Shown: one piece after another, positions 1-9,012 of the stretch
Layout: the number at the start of each line of letters is the position of its first letter
How positions within the stretch are numbered: the stretch's first letter is position 1
Notes under the pieces: model-generated
Databases searched by the model: none
What the model saw: the letters and a program-made list of their open reading frames with translations, nothing else
What the model was told of the DNA's origin: nothing
From: an uncultured SAR86 cluster bacterium
GTDB lineage: Bacteria > Pseudomonadota > Gammaproteobacteria > Magnimaribacterales > AG-339-G14
Direction of reading: 5' to 3'
DNA length: 64,000 nucleotides
NCBI GenBank assembly: GCA_902632605.1
Contig: CACPDB010000004.1
Location: 32,511 to 96,510, forward strand
Made by a program: the position numbers and the translations under genes

Positions 1-587
1 GCAAACATTGCGATACCTAAGAACATAGCAAAGCTGGAGATAAGCTTTCCTAAATCTGATATCGGAGTTACATCACCATAACCCACTGTAGTGAGAGTAG
101 CAATTCCGTACCACATAGAGTCTAAAATGTTTCCAAATGCTTCAGGTTGTAGGTCCTTTTCAAGAAAATGAATAATTACAGAAAAAATTAAGAGCAAAGA
201 AAAAACAACAATTTGAGTTCCCAATATAGAAAGTCTCTGTTTCCATATTGTTTTTAACAAAGTATTTGTTGGGAGGAGAATTCTCAATTGGCTAAATATT
301 GAATATGCTCTAAAGATTCTAAATATTCGTAAATCAAGAATATTGATGAATACGTAATTGGAAATTACGACTATGTCAATCAAAAGCATTATCGATAATT
401 TTTTCTCTTTAATAATTCTAAAAATAGCCTCAAATATAAAAATAACAAAAGAAAATAAAATAAAATTTTGAGATAAATTTAATGCATTATCTGACAGAGA
501 ATATCCAGAAATTAATATTTGATGAAGAACATTTAAAATAATCAAATATCCAATGACGTCATCAAAATACTTTTCAAAAAATTTCAT
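1..587 (-). CDS. Voltage-gated K+ channel (6-TM Kv-like), C-terminal part cut off by window edge
   Basis: Not in the ORF track because it is open to the window edge. Reverse translation from the ATG at 587-585 gives MKFFEKYFDDVIGYLIIL... It has an S4-like segment LRIFRIFRAYSIFSQLR with Arg at every third position. The K+ selectivity filter TVGYGD is encoded at 72-89. Confidence 0.85.
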   Translation of the reverse strand, partial: MKFFEKYFDDVIGYLIILNVLHQILISGYSLSDNALNLSQNFILFSFVIFIFEAIFRIIKEKKLSIMLLIDIVVISNYVFINILDLRIFRIFRAYSIFSQLRILLPTNTLLKTIWKQRLSILGTQIVVFSLLLIFSVIIHFLEKDLQPEAFGNILDSMWYGIATLTTVGYGDVTPISDLGKLISSFAMFLGIAMF

Positions 588-666
588 AATGGGGATTGAT
601 TCTATTAGAAAATTTACATAGAGTGAAATTTATATATAAATTTTATATGAATTATGGGAGAAAATA

Positions 667-981
667 TTGTTTGAGATATATAAAGACAAATCTGGGAAAT
701 TTAGATTTAGATTAAAAGCTAAAAATGGAGAAAATATATGTGCAAGTCAGTCTTACACTACAAAAGGCGCATGCACTAAAGGAGCAAAATCTCTAATATT
801 AAATTCAAAAAAAAGAAAATCTTTTAAAGTTCAAAAAAATAGAGCAGGAAATTATTTTTTTAATGTTATAGCTGGTAACAATAAAGTAATTGCAACTAGC
901 CAAACATATAAATCTGAAAGTTCTCTAAAAAAAGGAATAGAAAGCGTTCAAAAGAACGCAACAAAAAAGAACCTATCTTAA
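667..981 (+). CDS. YegP/DUF1508 (UPF0339) family small protein, two tandem repeats
   Basis: Two ~48-aa repeats (FEIYKDKSGKFRFRLKAKNGENICASQSY...; FKVQKNRAGNYFFNVIAGNNKVIATSQTY...KGIESVQKNA) typical of DUF1508. TTG start lies 6 nt after GGGAG (656-660). Confidence 0.8.
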   Translation: MFEIYKDKSGKFRFRLKAKNGENICASQSYTTKGACTKGAKSLILNSKKRKSFKVQKNRAGNYFFNVIAGNNKVIATSQTYKSESSLKKGIESVQKNATKKNLS

Positions 982-984
982 TTA

Positions 985-2751
985 TCAGCCCCAATAAAAG
1001 ACTATTGCGGGTACGCTTATTAAAATAATTAAAATTTCTAAAGGCAATCCCACTTTCCAATAATCACCAAATTTATAATTTCCAGGCGCCATCACCAAAG
1101 TATTGCATTGGTGACCTATAGGCGATAGAAAAGCGCAACTAGCCCCTATAGCTACAGACATTAAAAATGGTTCAATTGGTTGGTTTATTTTTTCTGCAAG
1201 AGATACGGCAAGAGGTGCCATGATTACAGCAGTTGCAGCATTATTGATAATATCTGATAGAAACATTGTAATAATCATTATTAATACGATGAGCCAAACA
1301 TAATCCATAGCCGAAGATAACCCAGCTAAATATCCAGAAACTGAGTCAGTAATTCCGTAGGAGATTAAAGTATTTCCAATTGGAATCATTGCAGCAAGTA
1401 AAATAATAACCGGCCAATCTATATGACGATAAACGCCCTCTCCAGTTAAGAGTTTTGAGCTTACAAATCCTATTACACAAATAAGAAAAGCAACTACGAT
1501 AGAAACATAATTTAAAATAACCAAAAGCAAACAAATTGAAAAAAGTCCAAATGCAATAAATATTTTAGTTGGATCTCTTGCAACATCGAATTCTCGTTGC
1601 CACAAAGGCATCAATCCTGCCAATTCAAGTTTCTCTGCAATATTATTTTTATCACCTCTATTGGCAATTAATAATACATCCCCTACTTTAAAAATTTCAT
1701 TTGATAATCTAAATCTAAATTTCAAACCTCTTCGCCATAATCCTAGCAAAGATAATTCTCTTCCAATCAATCTCTTAAAGTATTGGTATTTTCTACCTAT
1801 CAGTCTTGATTTTGGAACAATTATGGCTTCTATTCCTCCAAGGTCATCTATTGAAGTAAGATCATTTTCAGAATCAATATCCAAACCAAATTCCTGTTGA
1901 ATATCTGCAACCATATCAGGATTTATTTTCATAATAAGAATTTGGCCTTCATATAGTTTTTGGTTACCGTGAATTTCTATTTTCTTTCCACTTTCATCAA
2001 TTTGACCTATTAGTGCAGTATCAACATCCAATTCCTGGCGAAAATCTAATGCTCGTTTATCGATAAGTTTGCTATTTTTTGTAATAACCATTTCAACAAG
2101 ATAATCCTCTAGCTCTATCAAAGGATTATTTTCTGAATTTATTGGTCTAACTTTTATTAATCTCCAGCCAACGAGCGCAATAAACAAAATTCCTAAAATA
2201 CTTACTGGTACTCCGGCAAAGGAAAAGTCAAAAAAAGCAAAATCTTTTTCTACATAATCTTTCCTAAACTCAGAAATTATTATATTTGGTGGGGTGCCAA
2301 TTTTTGTATTCATTCCTCCTAGAATAGATGCAAAGGATAAAGGAATTAAAAACTTGGATGGATTCCAATTCATTTTTTGACAGATGCCGAGAGTTATTGG
2401 CAAAAGCATTGCCATCGCGCCAATATTATTCATAAATGATGAAAGAATTGCTGCAAAAAAAGTTATTGAAATCATAAATTGAATTTCACTATTTGCATAT
2501 CCTTGTAGTTTCCTACCTATAACAGAAATAAAACCAGATCTTTCTAAACCCTTGCTAATTAATAAAACTAAAGCAACTGTTATTACAGCTGGATGGGAAA
2601 AACCGATAAAAGCTTTCTCTGGTTGAATATAACCAAGCAAAACGAATATTGATAAAATGCCAAGGGAAACTGCATCATAACGCCATCTACCCCATATAAA
2701 AAGTCCTACCATTAGGGTTAAAAGACCTAATATAACTATTTGATCTAACAT
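985..2751 (-). CDS. SLC13/DASS-superfamily permease with two central TrkA-C (RCK_C)-like domains
   Basis: 588 aa. Hydrophobic multi-TM halves flank a soluble middle with two TrkA-C-like repeats (LVEMVITKNSKLIDKRALDF; IEAIIVPKSRLIGRKYQYF). Abuts the upstream gene (stop 2752 / start 2751). Confidence 0.7.
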   Translation of the reverse strand: MLDQIVILGLLTLMVGLFIWGRWRYDAVSLGILSIFVLLGYIQPEKAFIGFSHPAVITVALVLLISKGLERSGFISVIGRKLQGYANSEIQFMISITFFAAILSSFMNNIGAMAMLLPITLGICQKMNWNPSKFLIPLSFASILGGMNTKIGTPPNIIISEFRKDYVEKDFAFFDFSFAGVPVSILGILFIALVGWRLIKVRPINSENNPLIELEDYLVEMVITKNSKLIDKRALDFRQELDVDTALIGQIDESGKKIEIHGNQKLYEGQILIMKINPDMVADIQQEFGLDIDSENDLTSIDDLGGIEAIIVPKSRLIGRKYQYFKRLIGRELSLLGLWRRGLKFRFRLSNEIFKVGDVLLIANRGDKNNIAEKLELAGLMPLWQREFDVARDPTKIFIAFGLFSICLLLVILNYVSIVVAFLICVIGFVSSKLLTGEGVYRHIDWPVIILLAAMIPIGNTLISYGITDSVSGYLAGLSSAMDYVWLIVLIMIITMFLSDIINNAATAVIMAPLAVSLAEKINQPIEPFLMSVAIGASCAFLSPIGHQCNTLVMAPGNYKFGDYWKVGLPLEILIILISVPAIVFYWG

Positions 2752-3618
2752 TTATTTAAATATATTGGGGATTAGTGCGGGAGTTTTCTTCATATATTCT
2801 TCATAGTCTGATCTTCTTTCTAAGCTTCTATTATCCATCATTGGAATTGATGCAAAAATAAACATTACAAGCATTGATATAGGACAAATGATCAGCCAAA
2901 AATTATCAAAAGAGTGAGATAAAGAAAAACCAAACAACCCAAACCAGAATAAAATCTCTCCTAAATAGTTTGGATGGCGGCTGTATTTCCACAATCCTTT
3001 ATTCATTGTTAAAGAAGCATTTCTTTCATCAGCTTTAAATTTGTGCATTTGTTCGTCAGAAATGTGTTCCAGTAAAACTGCCATGATAGTAAAAATACAA
3101 AAAAACCAATCTACAAAGGATACTGGTTGATTATTTATGGTAATTGCGAAATAAAGTGGAAACAGACAAATATTTACCATTAGAGTTGGAAATAGATGTA
3201 TGCCAAAGAAATTTATAAATAATTTAAATCGTCCGAAAGTTTGATAAAGATTAATATAGCGAAAATCTTCTTTTTCTAAACCAGGCCAAGTTTTTAACCA
3301 GTTCCAAGTCAAACGAATAACATAGTAAGTTATAGGTATACCAATTAAGATAAATCTTACATTTGAGGTTTCATCAACCTCGGGATACATAATTAAATAT
3401 ATGAATATTGGAAATGGAATTACAGACCAAAAAGGATCATACAGACTTGAATTTTTATAAATAATACTGAATATAAATATGACTACAGTTGCTACAACGT
3501 GAGCGAGTAGAATATTCAGCCATATATGACCCAAATCAAAATACCCCAAAGAAAGGTATCCAAGCAATATAGAAAAAAAATAAGCAATAAAACATACAAT
3601 TAAGCTTCTTGCATACAT
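2752..3618 (-). CDS. DUF1295 / steroid 5-alpha-reductase-like membrane protein
   Basis: 288 aa polytopic membrane protein with C-terminal motif YSRHPNYLGEILFWFGLF, characteristic of the DUF1295/ICMT-like fold. Confidence 0.65.
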   Translation of the reverse strand: MYARSLIVCFIAYFFSILLGYLSLGYFDLGHIWLNILLAHVVATVVIFIFSIIYKNSSLYDPFWSVIPFPIFIYLIMYPEVDETSNVRFILIGIPITYYVIRLTWNWLKTWPGLEKEDFRYINLYQTFGRFKLFINFFGIHLFPTLMVNICLFPLYFAITINNQPVSFVDWFFCIFTIMAVLLEHISDEQMHKFKADERNASLTMNKGLWKYSRHPNYLGEILFWFGLFGFSLSHSFDNFWLIICPISMLVMFIFASIPMMDNRSLERRSDYEEYMKKTPALIPNIFK

Positions 3619-3623
3619 GTTAT

Positions 3624-4997
3624 TTATTTTTTTGGAGTAAAAGTTACAGGTAATTCCTGAATAGCATTTACGAAATTATTAGGTGTATATACTATGTCTC
3701 CTGACTGAGTCATATCTGGAAATCTTTCAAAAATCTTTTCATAAACGACCTCAAGCTGCATGTTAGCAGTATGTTTACCCAAACAAAGATGTCTCCCATA
3801 ACCAAAGGATAGATGTTTTTTTGCATTCTCTCTTCTGACATCATATTTATCTGGATTTTCGAAAATTTCAGGATCTCTGTTCGCTGCGCCATACCATAAA
3901 GAAATTTTTTCATTTGGTCCTATTTTTTGATCTCCAATTTGTGTGTCAATCTTTGTCGTTCTCCTCATATAAGTAACGGGATTAGCTACCCTTATGGATT
4001 CATGAACCATATTTGGAATTAAAGACCTGTCGTTTAGTACTAATTCCTTTTGATCTTGATTTTCAGAGAGTAAATTCATTGTGCCACTAATAGAGTTTCT
4101 AGTTGTATCATTTCCTGCAAAAATAATTAACAGCCAAGATCCATCTAAATATTCATTTGGTAGTTTTTCTCCATCTATTTCGATGTTTGCAATAACAGAG
4201 AGTAAATCATCTTTTGGAGATTTTCGTCTTTCCTCTAAGATGTGTCTGCCGTATGAGAACATTTCATTAACCATATTTGTAAACATTTCTATTATGGCTG
4301 GATCTGGCGCTGCCTGATTTTGCTCTTCAGATAAACTTATTTCGTTATTCTGAACTGCTTGAGTTGCAGCAATCAATTGTGCCATTTCTAAAAACTTCAT
4401 CCATTCTATTATTTTAGGTCTATCTGCTTCAGGTACACCTAACATTTCGCATAAAGTAAACATTGGCAATTCCGCGGAAACGCTTTCAACTAAATTACAG
4501 CTGCCAAGAGGAGCTATAGCATCTAATAATTTATCAACTTTTAATTCAACTTTTTTTCTTAAATTACTTACATATTTTGGATTAAAAAAAGCCATATGAG
4601 GGTTTCTCATATTTAAGTGTAATAAACCATCTAAACTCAGCATATGATCCATGGTGGACCTATATAAAGGAGTATCATCCGCAGCTGTAAAACCATGGGT
4701 CAGAGTAGTTCCACCTGCCAATTGTGAAGAGAAAATATCCTGATTTTTTGAAACAAATTCAATATCTCTATATTTTGTTAGGACCCAAAAACCAGGCTCT
4801 GAATCTTCAGGTCCTGTCTTATGAAAATATACGGGCGCTTTTTTTCTTAATTCAGCAAAATTTTCATATGGCTGTCCCTTTGTGAACATAAAAAGGTCAG
4901 TTAAATCAAAATTTCTTTCAAAAGAATATACTTCTTCATACTTGGGTGAATTAATCTTTACGAATGGTTGTGAATCGCTATTTAACTTTAATGACAT
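3624..4997 (-). CDS. Cytochrome P450 monooxygenase
   Basis: Heme-thiolate loop FGYGRHLCLGKHTA, I-helix AGNDTTR, ExxR (ESIR); 457 aa. Confidence 0.9.
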   Translation of the reverse strand: MSLKLNSDSQPFVKINSPKYEEVYSFERNFDLTDLFMFTKGQPYENFAELRKKAPVYFHKTGPEDSEPGFWVLTKYRDIEFVSKNQDIFSSQLAGGTTLTHGFTAADDTPLYRSTMDHMLSLDGLLHLNMRNPHMAFFNPKYVSNLRKKVELKVDKLLDAIAPLGSCNLVESVSAELPMFTLCEMLGVPEADRPKIIEWMKFLEMAQLIAATQAVQNNEISLSEEQNQAAPDPAIIEMFTNMVNEMFSYGRHILEERRKSPKDDLLSVIANIEIDGEKLPNEYLDGSWLLIIFAGNDTTRNSISGTMNLLSENQDQKELVLNDRSLIPNMVHESIRVANPVTYMRRTTKIDTQIGDQKIGPNEKISLWYGAANRDPEIFENPDKYDVRRENAKKHLSFGYGRHLCLGKHTANMQLEVVYEKIFERFPDMTQSGDIVYTPNNFVNAIQELPVTFTPKK

Positions 4998-5026
4998 AGT
5001 TTTATTTTACTTAATTTTCATATAAA

Positions 5027-5103
5027 TGGCGCGCCCGGAAGGATTCGAACCTCCGACACCCTAGTTCGTAGCCAGGTGCTCTATCCAACTGAGCTACGGG
5101 CGC
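5027..5103 (-). tRNA. tRNA-Arg (anticodon ACG), CCA encoded
   Basis: Reverse complement GCGCCCGTAGCTCAGTTGGATAGAGCACCTGGCTACGAACTAGGGTGTCGGAGGTTCGAATCCTTCCGGGCGCGCCA folds as a cloverleaf. Anticodon loop is CTACGAA. Near-identical in layout to E. coli argV-type tRNA. Confidence 0.95.
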
Positions 5104-5106
5104 TTT

Positions 5107-5274
5107 TTATTCCTCTTCAGTTACTTTGGCGTGGATTTCTCCTCTGTGAACTGGAACAGCTTTGGGAGCATTTATTCCTAAACGGACTTGTCCTCCTTTA
5201 ATTTCTAAAACTGTTACTTCTACATTATCACCAATCACAAGAGTTTGATCTCTTCTTCGACTTAAAACTAACAA
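5107..5274 (-). CDS. csrA: Carbon storage regulator CsrA (55 aa; absent from ORF track because <60 aa)
   Basis: Reverse translation gives (M)LVLSRRRDQTLVIGDNVEVTVLEIKGGQVRLGINAPKAVPVHRGEIHAKVTEEE. It aligns along its length with E. coli CsrA ([48 protein letters not shown]...). TTG start is preceded by AAGGGGA. The stop lies 3 nt from the tRNA-Arg 5' end. Confidence 0.9.
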   Translation of the reverse strand: MLVLSRRRDQTLVIGDNVEVTVLEIKGGQVRLGINAPKAVPVHRGEIHAKVTEEE

Positions 5275-5331
5275 ATTAATTCCCCTTATTAATAAGATAG
5301 CAAAAAAAACATCCTTGCTAAAGAAATTTAA

Positions 5332-6186
5332 TTAAATATCTAATCCATATGGGGGTGGCTTTGAAATTGAAGGATTTAATAAATAAGTTTTAGTCCTTAA
5401 ATAGTCAGCAAGTTCCTCGTTTGATAATTCATTATCAATACTTGAGTATTTAAAAGGCTTTCCAACTGTAAATTTAAAATGGCTACCAATTCTTCTTTTG
5501 ACTTCATGAAATAGTAATGAAGCTCTAAACATATCGCCAAGATGGCTTGCTAATTGAAACTTTATAGAATTACATCCATAAAAATAAATAGGAACTATAG
5601 TTGGATCAGTTTGCTTGATGAGTCTTGATGTAAATTTTTTCCACTGTGGATCAAAAGCCATTTTAGTTTTTTCATAAAATTTTGCAGTCGTAGATACAGT
5701 TCCCGAAGGAAATATTATTATAGAACCTCCATTAGAAAGGTGTTCTCTAGATTTTTTTCTAGTATCTAAATTTGTCAATAAAGCCTGTTTATCTCCAGTG
5801 AAGTCTATTGGTAATAAATAACCTTTTGTTTCTGGCGCTCTCAACAATAGTGAATGTGTTAAGACTTTAAAATCATCTCTATATTTTGAAACAAAATAAC
5901 TTATTACCAACCCGTCCAAAACTCCATAAGGATGATTTGCCACAAAGATTGTAGGGCCATCTTTTGGAATATTTATATTGCTATTAAAGTCTAACTTTAA
6001 TTTGAGCAGATCCAAACATCCGTGCCAAAAGCTATCCCAATCATTAGGATTTTCCTGATATTGTCGATAAAGTTTGTATAAAGCAGGCTGACCGGCTAAA
6101 GATTCAATGGTTCTTATTATTAACTTACGATGCCAGGGATCATCAGGATCCGCATAGCTAAAATATTTTGACTCAATGTATTCCAT
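5332..6186 (-). CDS. Lysophospholipid/PlsC-family acyltransferase (OlsA-like)
   Basis: Acyltransferase catalytic block VANHPYGVLDG and downstream FPSGTVS motif. ORF track starts at TTG 6189; the ATG one codon downstream (6186) is used here. Confidence 0.65.
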   Translation of the reverse strand: MEYIESKYFSYADPDDPWHRKLIIRTIESLAGQPALYKLYRQYQENPNDWDSFWHGCLDLLKLKLDFNSNINIPKDGPTIFVANHPYGVLDGLVISYFVSKYRDDFKVLTHSLLLRAPETKGYLLPIDFTGDKQALLTNLDTRKKSREHLSNGGSIIIFPSGTVSTTAKFYEKTKMAFDPQWKKFTSRLIKQTDPTIVPIYFYGCNSIKFQLASHLGDMFRASLLFHEVKRRIGSHFKFTVGKPFKYSSIDNELSNEELADYLRTKTYLLNPSISKPPPYGLDI

Positions 6187-6194
6187 CAAATTTT

Positions 6195-6284
6195 TGGCGG
6201 AGAGAAAGGGATTCGAACCCTTGAAGGAGTTGCCCCCTTACCCGCTTTCCAAGCGAGCGCATTCGACCACTCTGCCATCTCTCC
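6195..6284 (-). tRNA. tRNA-Ser (anticodon GGA), long variable arm, CCA encoded
   Basis: Reverse complement GGAGAGATGGCAGAGTGGTCGAATGCGCTCGCTTGGAAAGCGGGTAAGGGGGCAACTCCTTCAAGGGTTCGAATCCCTTTCTCTCCGCCA. Anticodon loop TTGGAAA; 90 nt class II tRNA. Confidence 0.95.
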
Positions 6285-6287
6285 ATT

Positions 6288-7334
6288 TTATTTAATTTTA
6301 AAGCTAGCAATTCTATCTCCATGAAAAGTACCCAACCAGATTTTATCTGTTTCTGGTAAAGCAACTGTAGCAGCACCCATCTGTTTATTGGAAAATTCAT
6401 AATTATTGATTTCATTCAAATCCAACAATGAAAGTTGATGAATAGTGAAAGGTAAAGGACATTGAACTATGGATTCATCACACTGTAGACCTTCCACACC
6501 TGAATAATTATGCGCCGCAACCCACAAACCAGAGTCTGTAACCAAAAGATTATCTTTACCTCCACCAATGTGTTCATAATCGACTGAGTTTTCATTTAGA
6601 TTAAATTTTACAGTTAATCCAGAAAACCAATAATTAATGTAGAGAAACTTCTCATCAAAAGATAAATCTATCCCATTCGGAAAAGAACCGTTGGTATTAG
6701 GTACGACATCAAAACCATTATCTTTTCGCCAATAAAAAACTTCTCCTGTATCTGAAATAAATATGCTTGAAGAAACTAATGACCATTCGGAAATATTAGA
6801 ATCAAACATGCTGGTAACATAAAAAGAACCATCTTTTTTTAAGGCAATATCATTAAAATATTTATTCTGTGGTGCATCCACACAGCCCCTCCATATCAGT
6901 TCCACGCTATCAGTCTCTATTAGTTCAAATAACTCTATTGTCTCTCTAGGAAGATGATTTACTACTGCGAGCATATATTTTCCATCATTTCGTTCAATAA
7001 GATCTATTCCATGAGGTGATAATCTTTTATCGTCTAAACTACAGGTATCATCTCCCCATTGATTGACTTCATATTTGATTGAGATTGGTTCTCTTTTATT
7101 AGTACTTAAATCAAAATATACCAAGTTTCCAAATTTTGTATTTGGCGCAAGTGATCCAAATTCTGAAACTATGATTTTTGTTTTAGAAGGAGAGAGATAT
7201 AAATCTTCAGGATTCTGGAATCCACAAACTATTTCAAAAACTTCATCGTCATTGCAAGTAGAAATTTCATTAAATTCGTTAAAACCAAAAGAAGACAAAA
7301 AGAATACAATTGTTAAAAAAAGGTCGTATAACAT
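6288..7334 (-). CDS. Paraoxonase/arylesterase (PON)-like six-bladed beta-propeller hydrolase, secreted
   Basis: N-terminal signal-like segment. Blocks resemble mammalian PON1: SPHGIDL, LAVVNHLPRETIELFE, FNDIAL, FPNGIDLSFDEKFLYI, DNLLVTD, LWVAAH, WLGTFHGD. Confidence 0.6.
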   Translation of the reverse strand: MLYDLFLTIVFFLSSFGFNEFNEISTCNDDEVFEIVCGFQNPEDLYLSPSKTKIIVSEFGSLAPNTKFGNLVYFDLSTNKREPISIKYEVNQWGDDTCSLDDKRLSPHGIDLIERNDGKYMLAVVNHLPRETIELFELIETDSVELIWRGCVDAPQNKYFNDIALKKDGSFYVTSMFDSNISEWSLVSSSIFISDTGEVFYWRKDNGFDVVPNTNGSFPNGIDLSFDEKFLYINYWFSGLTVKFNLNENSVDYEHIGGGKDNLLVTDSGLWVAAHNYSGVEGLQCDESIVQCPLPFTIHQLSLLDLNEINNYEFSNKQMGAATVALPETDKIWLGTFHGDRIASFKIK

Positions 7335-8107
7335 TAGGTCCTTATTCCATATCCTTTTTTAAGCAGATAATAAGCTAAAGCAAAAAAGATTAATATGAAA
7401 AAGGTTATCATCATCAAGGCGAATTGAACATTGATATCGGACACCCCTATCATTCCATATCTAAACGCATTAACCATATAGAGCAGAGGGTTTGCCTTTG
7501 AGACAATTTGCCAAGTATTTGACAAAAGATCTACAGAATAAAAAACACCTCCCAAATAAATCAACGGGGTTAGGATAAATGTAGGAACGATATTTATATC
7601 GTCAAAATTATCTGCAAATAAAGCATTCAAAAAACCAGCTATTGAAAATAGGAAGGCAGTCATTACAACAACCAGAAGCGTAAGGGGAATATTTTGAACA
7701 GTTATATCTGTAAATATTAAAGATGTAAGCAATACAAGAAAACCTACGATAATTCCCCTAACCACCCCACCAAGAACAAATCCAATTAAAATTAAATAAG
7801 TAGGCATAGGAGAGACTAATAATTCCTCTATACTTCTTTGAAACTTAACACCAAAAAAAGATGAGACTACGTTTGAATAGGCATTTGTAATAACTGCCAA
7901 CATTACTAATCCCGGTGCCATGAATTGCATATAATCAAAACCAGACATTTTGCCGATTCTTTCTCCAATAAAAGTACCAAATATTAAGAAATACAATATT
8001 GTTGTAAGTACCGATGGAATTAAAGTTTGACTCCATATTCTAAAAAATCTTAAGACTTCCTTTCTTAAAAGAATGTATAAAGATCTTAGTTGTTCATTAA
8101 TGGTCAT
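7334..8107 (-). CDS. ABC-2 type exporter permease (YadH-like)
   Basis: 257 aa with 6 predicted TM segments. Overlaps the upstream ATPase gene by 11 nt. The TAATG stop/start overlaps the next gene. Confidence 0.8.
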   Translation of the reverse strand: MTINEQLRSLYILLRKEVLRFFRIWSQTLIPSVLTTILYFLIFGTFIGERIGKMSGFDYMQFMAPGLVMLAVITNAYSNVVSSFFGVKFQRSIEELLVSPMPTYLILIGFVLGGVVRGIIVGFLVLLTSLIFTDITVQNIPLTLLVVVMTAFLFSIAGFLNALFADNFDDINIVPTFILTPLIYLGGVFYSVDLLSNTWQIVSKANPLLYMVNAFRYGMIGVSDINVQFALMMITFFILIFFALAYYLLKKGYGIRT

Positions 8108-9011
8108 TATTAGTAAGTTTTAAAAATAATTCTTCAAGTCTATTGGTTTCATTTCTCATACTCAAAATTTCAATTCCTTCTTGATCAAAAAAATCAAATA
8201 TCGAATTTAAATTAGTACCTTTGTTCGCTTGAACGGAAAAAGTGGAATCGTCTATTTTTTTTATATCAAAATTTTTTGAAGATAGATGTTTGTCTGTTTT
8301 TTCTTTTAAATCAAAAACAAAAGTTTCTATCTCTATTTCTCTAAGAAAAGAATTCATATCTGAATTTCTTACAATCTTTCCACGATCAATAATGGATACG
8401 TTTTTACAAAGTCTTTCTGCTTCTTCCAGATAATGAGTTGTAAGAATTATAGTAGTTCCTTTTTTATTTATTTCTATTAAAAACTCCCACAAGGATCTCC
8501 TTAATTCTGTATCTACTCCCGCTGTTGGCTCATCTAATATAAGAAGTTCTGGATTGTTTACTAAAGCTTTTGCAACCATCAACCTTCGTTTCATTCCTCC
8601 AGATAAATTCCTACCTTGTTCATTCCTTTTATCCCATAGATCTAATCTTTTGAGATAAAACTCACAATTATTTTTAATTTCAAAAAATGGCATACCAAAG
8701 AAACCTGCTTGATGGAGTAAAATGTTATGTACTGTTTCAAATTGATTAAAATTTACTTCCTGACCTACGATTCCAATTCTCTTTTTAGCTTCGGAATGAT
8801 GAGTATCTATATCTAATCCCAAAATATTTACTTTTCCTGAAGATTTATTCACCAATGAGCTGATGATACCAATCATAGTAGATTTACCCGCTCCGTTTGG
8901 ACCCAATAAAGCATAGAAGTCACCTTGCTCAACTTCAAAACTTATATCGTCTAAAGCTACTAAATTATTATCGTAAATCTTGGTAAGATTTTTGATTTCT
9001 AATGCTTTCAA
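8097..9011 (-). CDS. ABC transporter ATP-binding protein (YadG-like)
   Basis: Walker A GPNGAGKST, signature LSGGMKRR, Walker B LILDEPT. Confidence 0.9.
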   Translation of the reverse strand: MKALEIKNLTKIYDNNLVALDDISFEVEQGDFYALLGPNGAGKSTMIGIISSLVNKSSGKVNILGLDIDTHHSEAKKRIGIVGQEVNFNQFETVHNILLHQAGFFGMPFFEIKNNCEFYLKRLDLWDKRNEQGRNLSGGMKRRLMVAKALVNNPELLILDEPTAGVDTELRRSLWEFLIEINKKGTTIILTTHYLEEAERLCKNVSIIDRGKIVRNSDMNSFLREIEIETFVFDLKEKTDKHLSSKNFDIKKIDDSTFSVQANKGTNLNSIFDFFDQEGIEILSMRNETNRLEELFLKLTNNDH

Positions 9012-9012
9012 A

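Noticed and set aside
6173-6415. 80-aa ORF from the track on the minus strand
   Set aside because: It reads straight through tRNA-Ser (6195-6284) and overlaps the ends of two well-supported CDSs. It is an artefact of the GC-rich tRNA sequence lacking stops.
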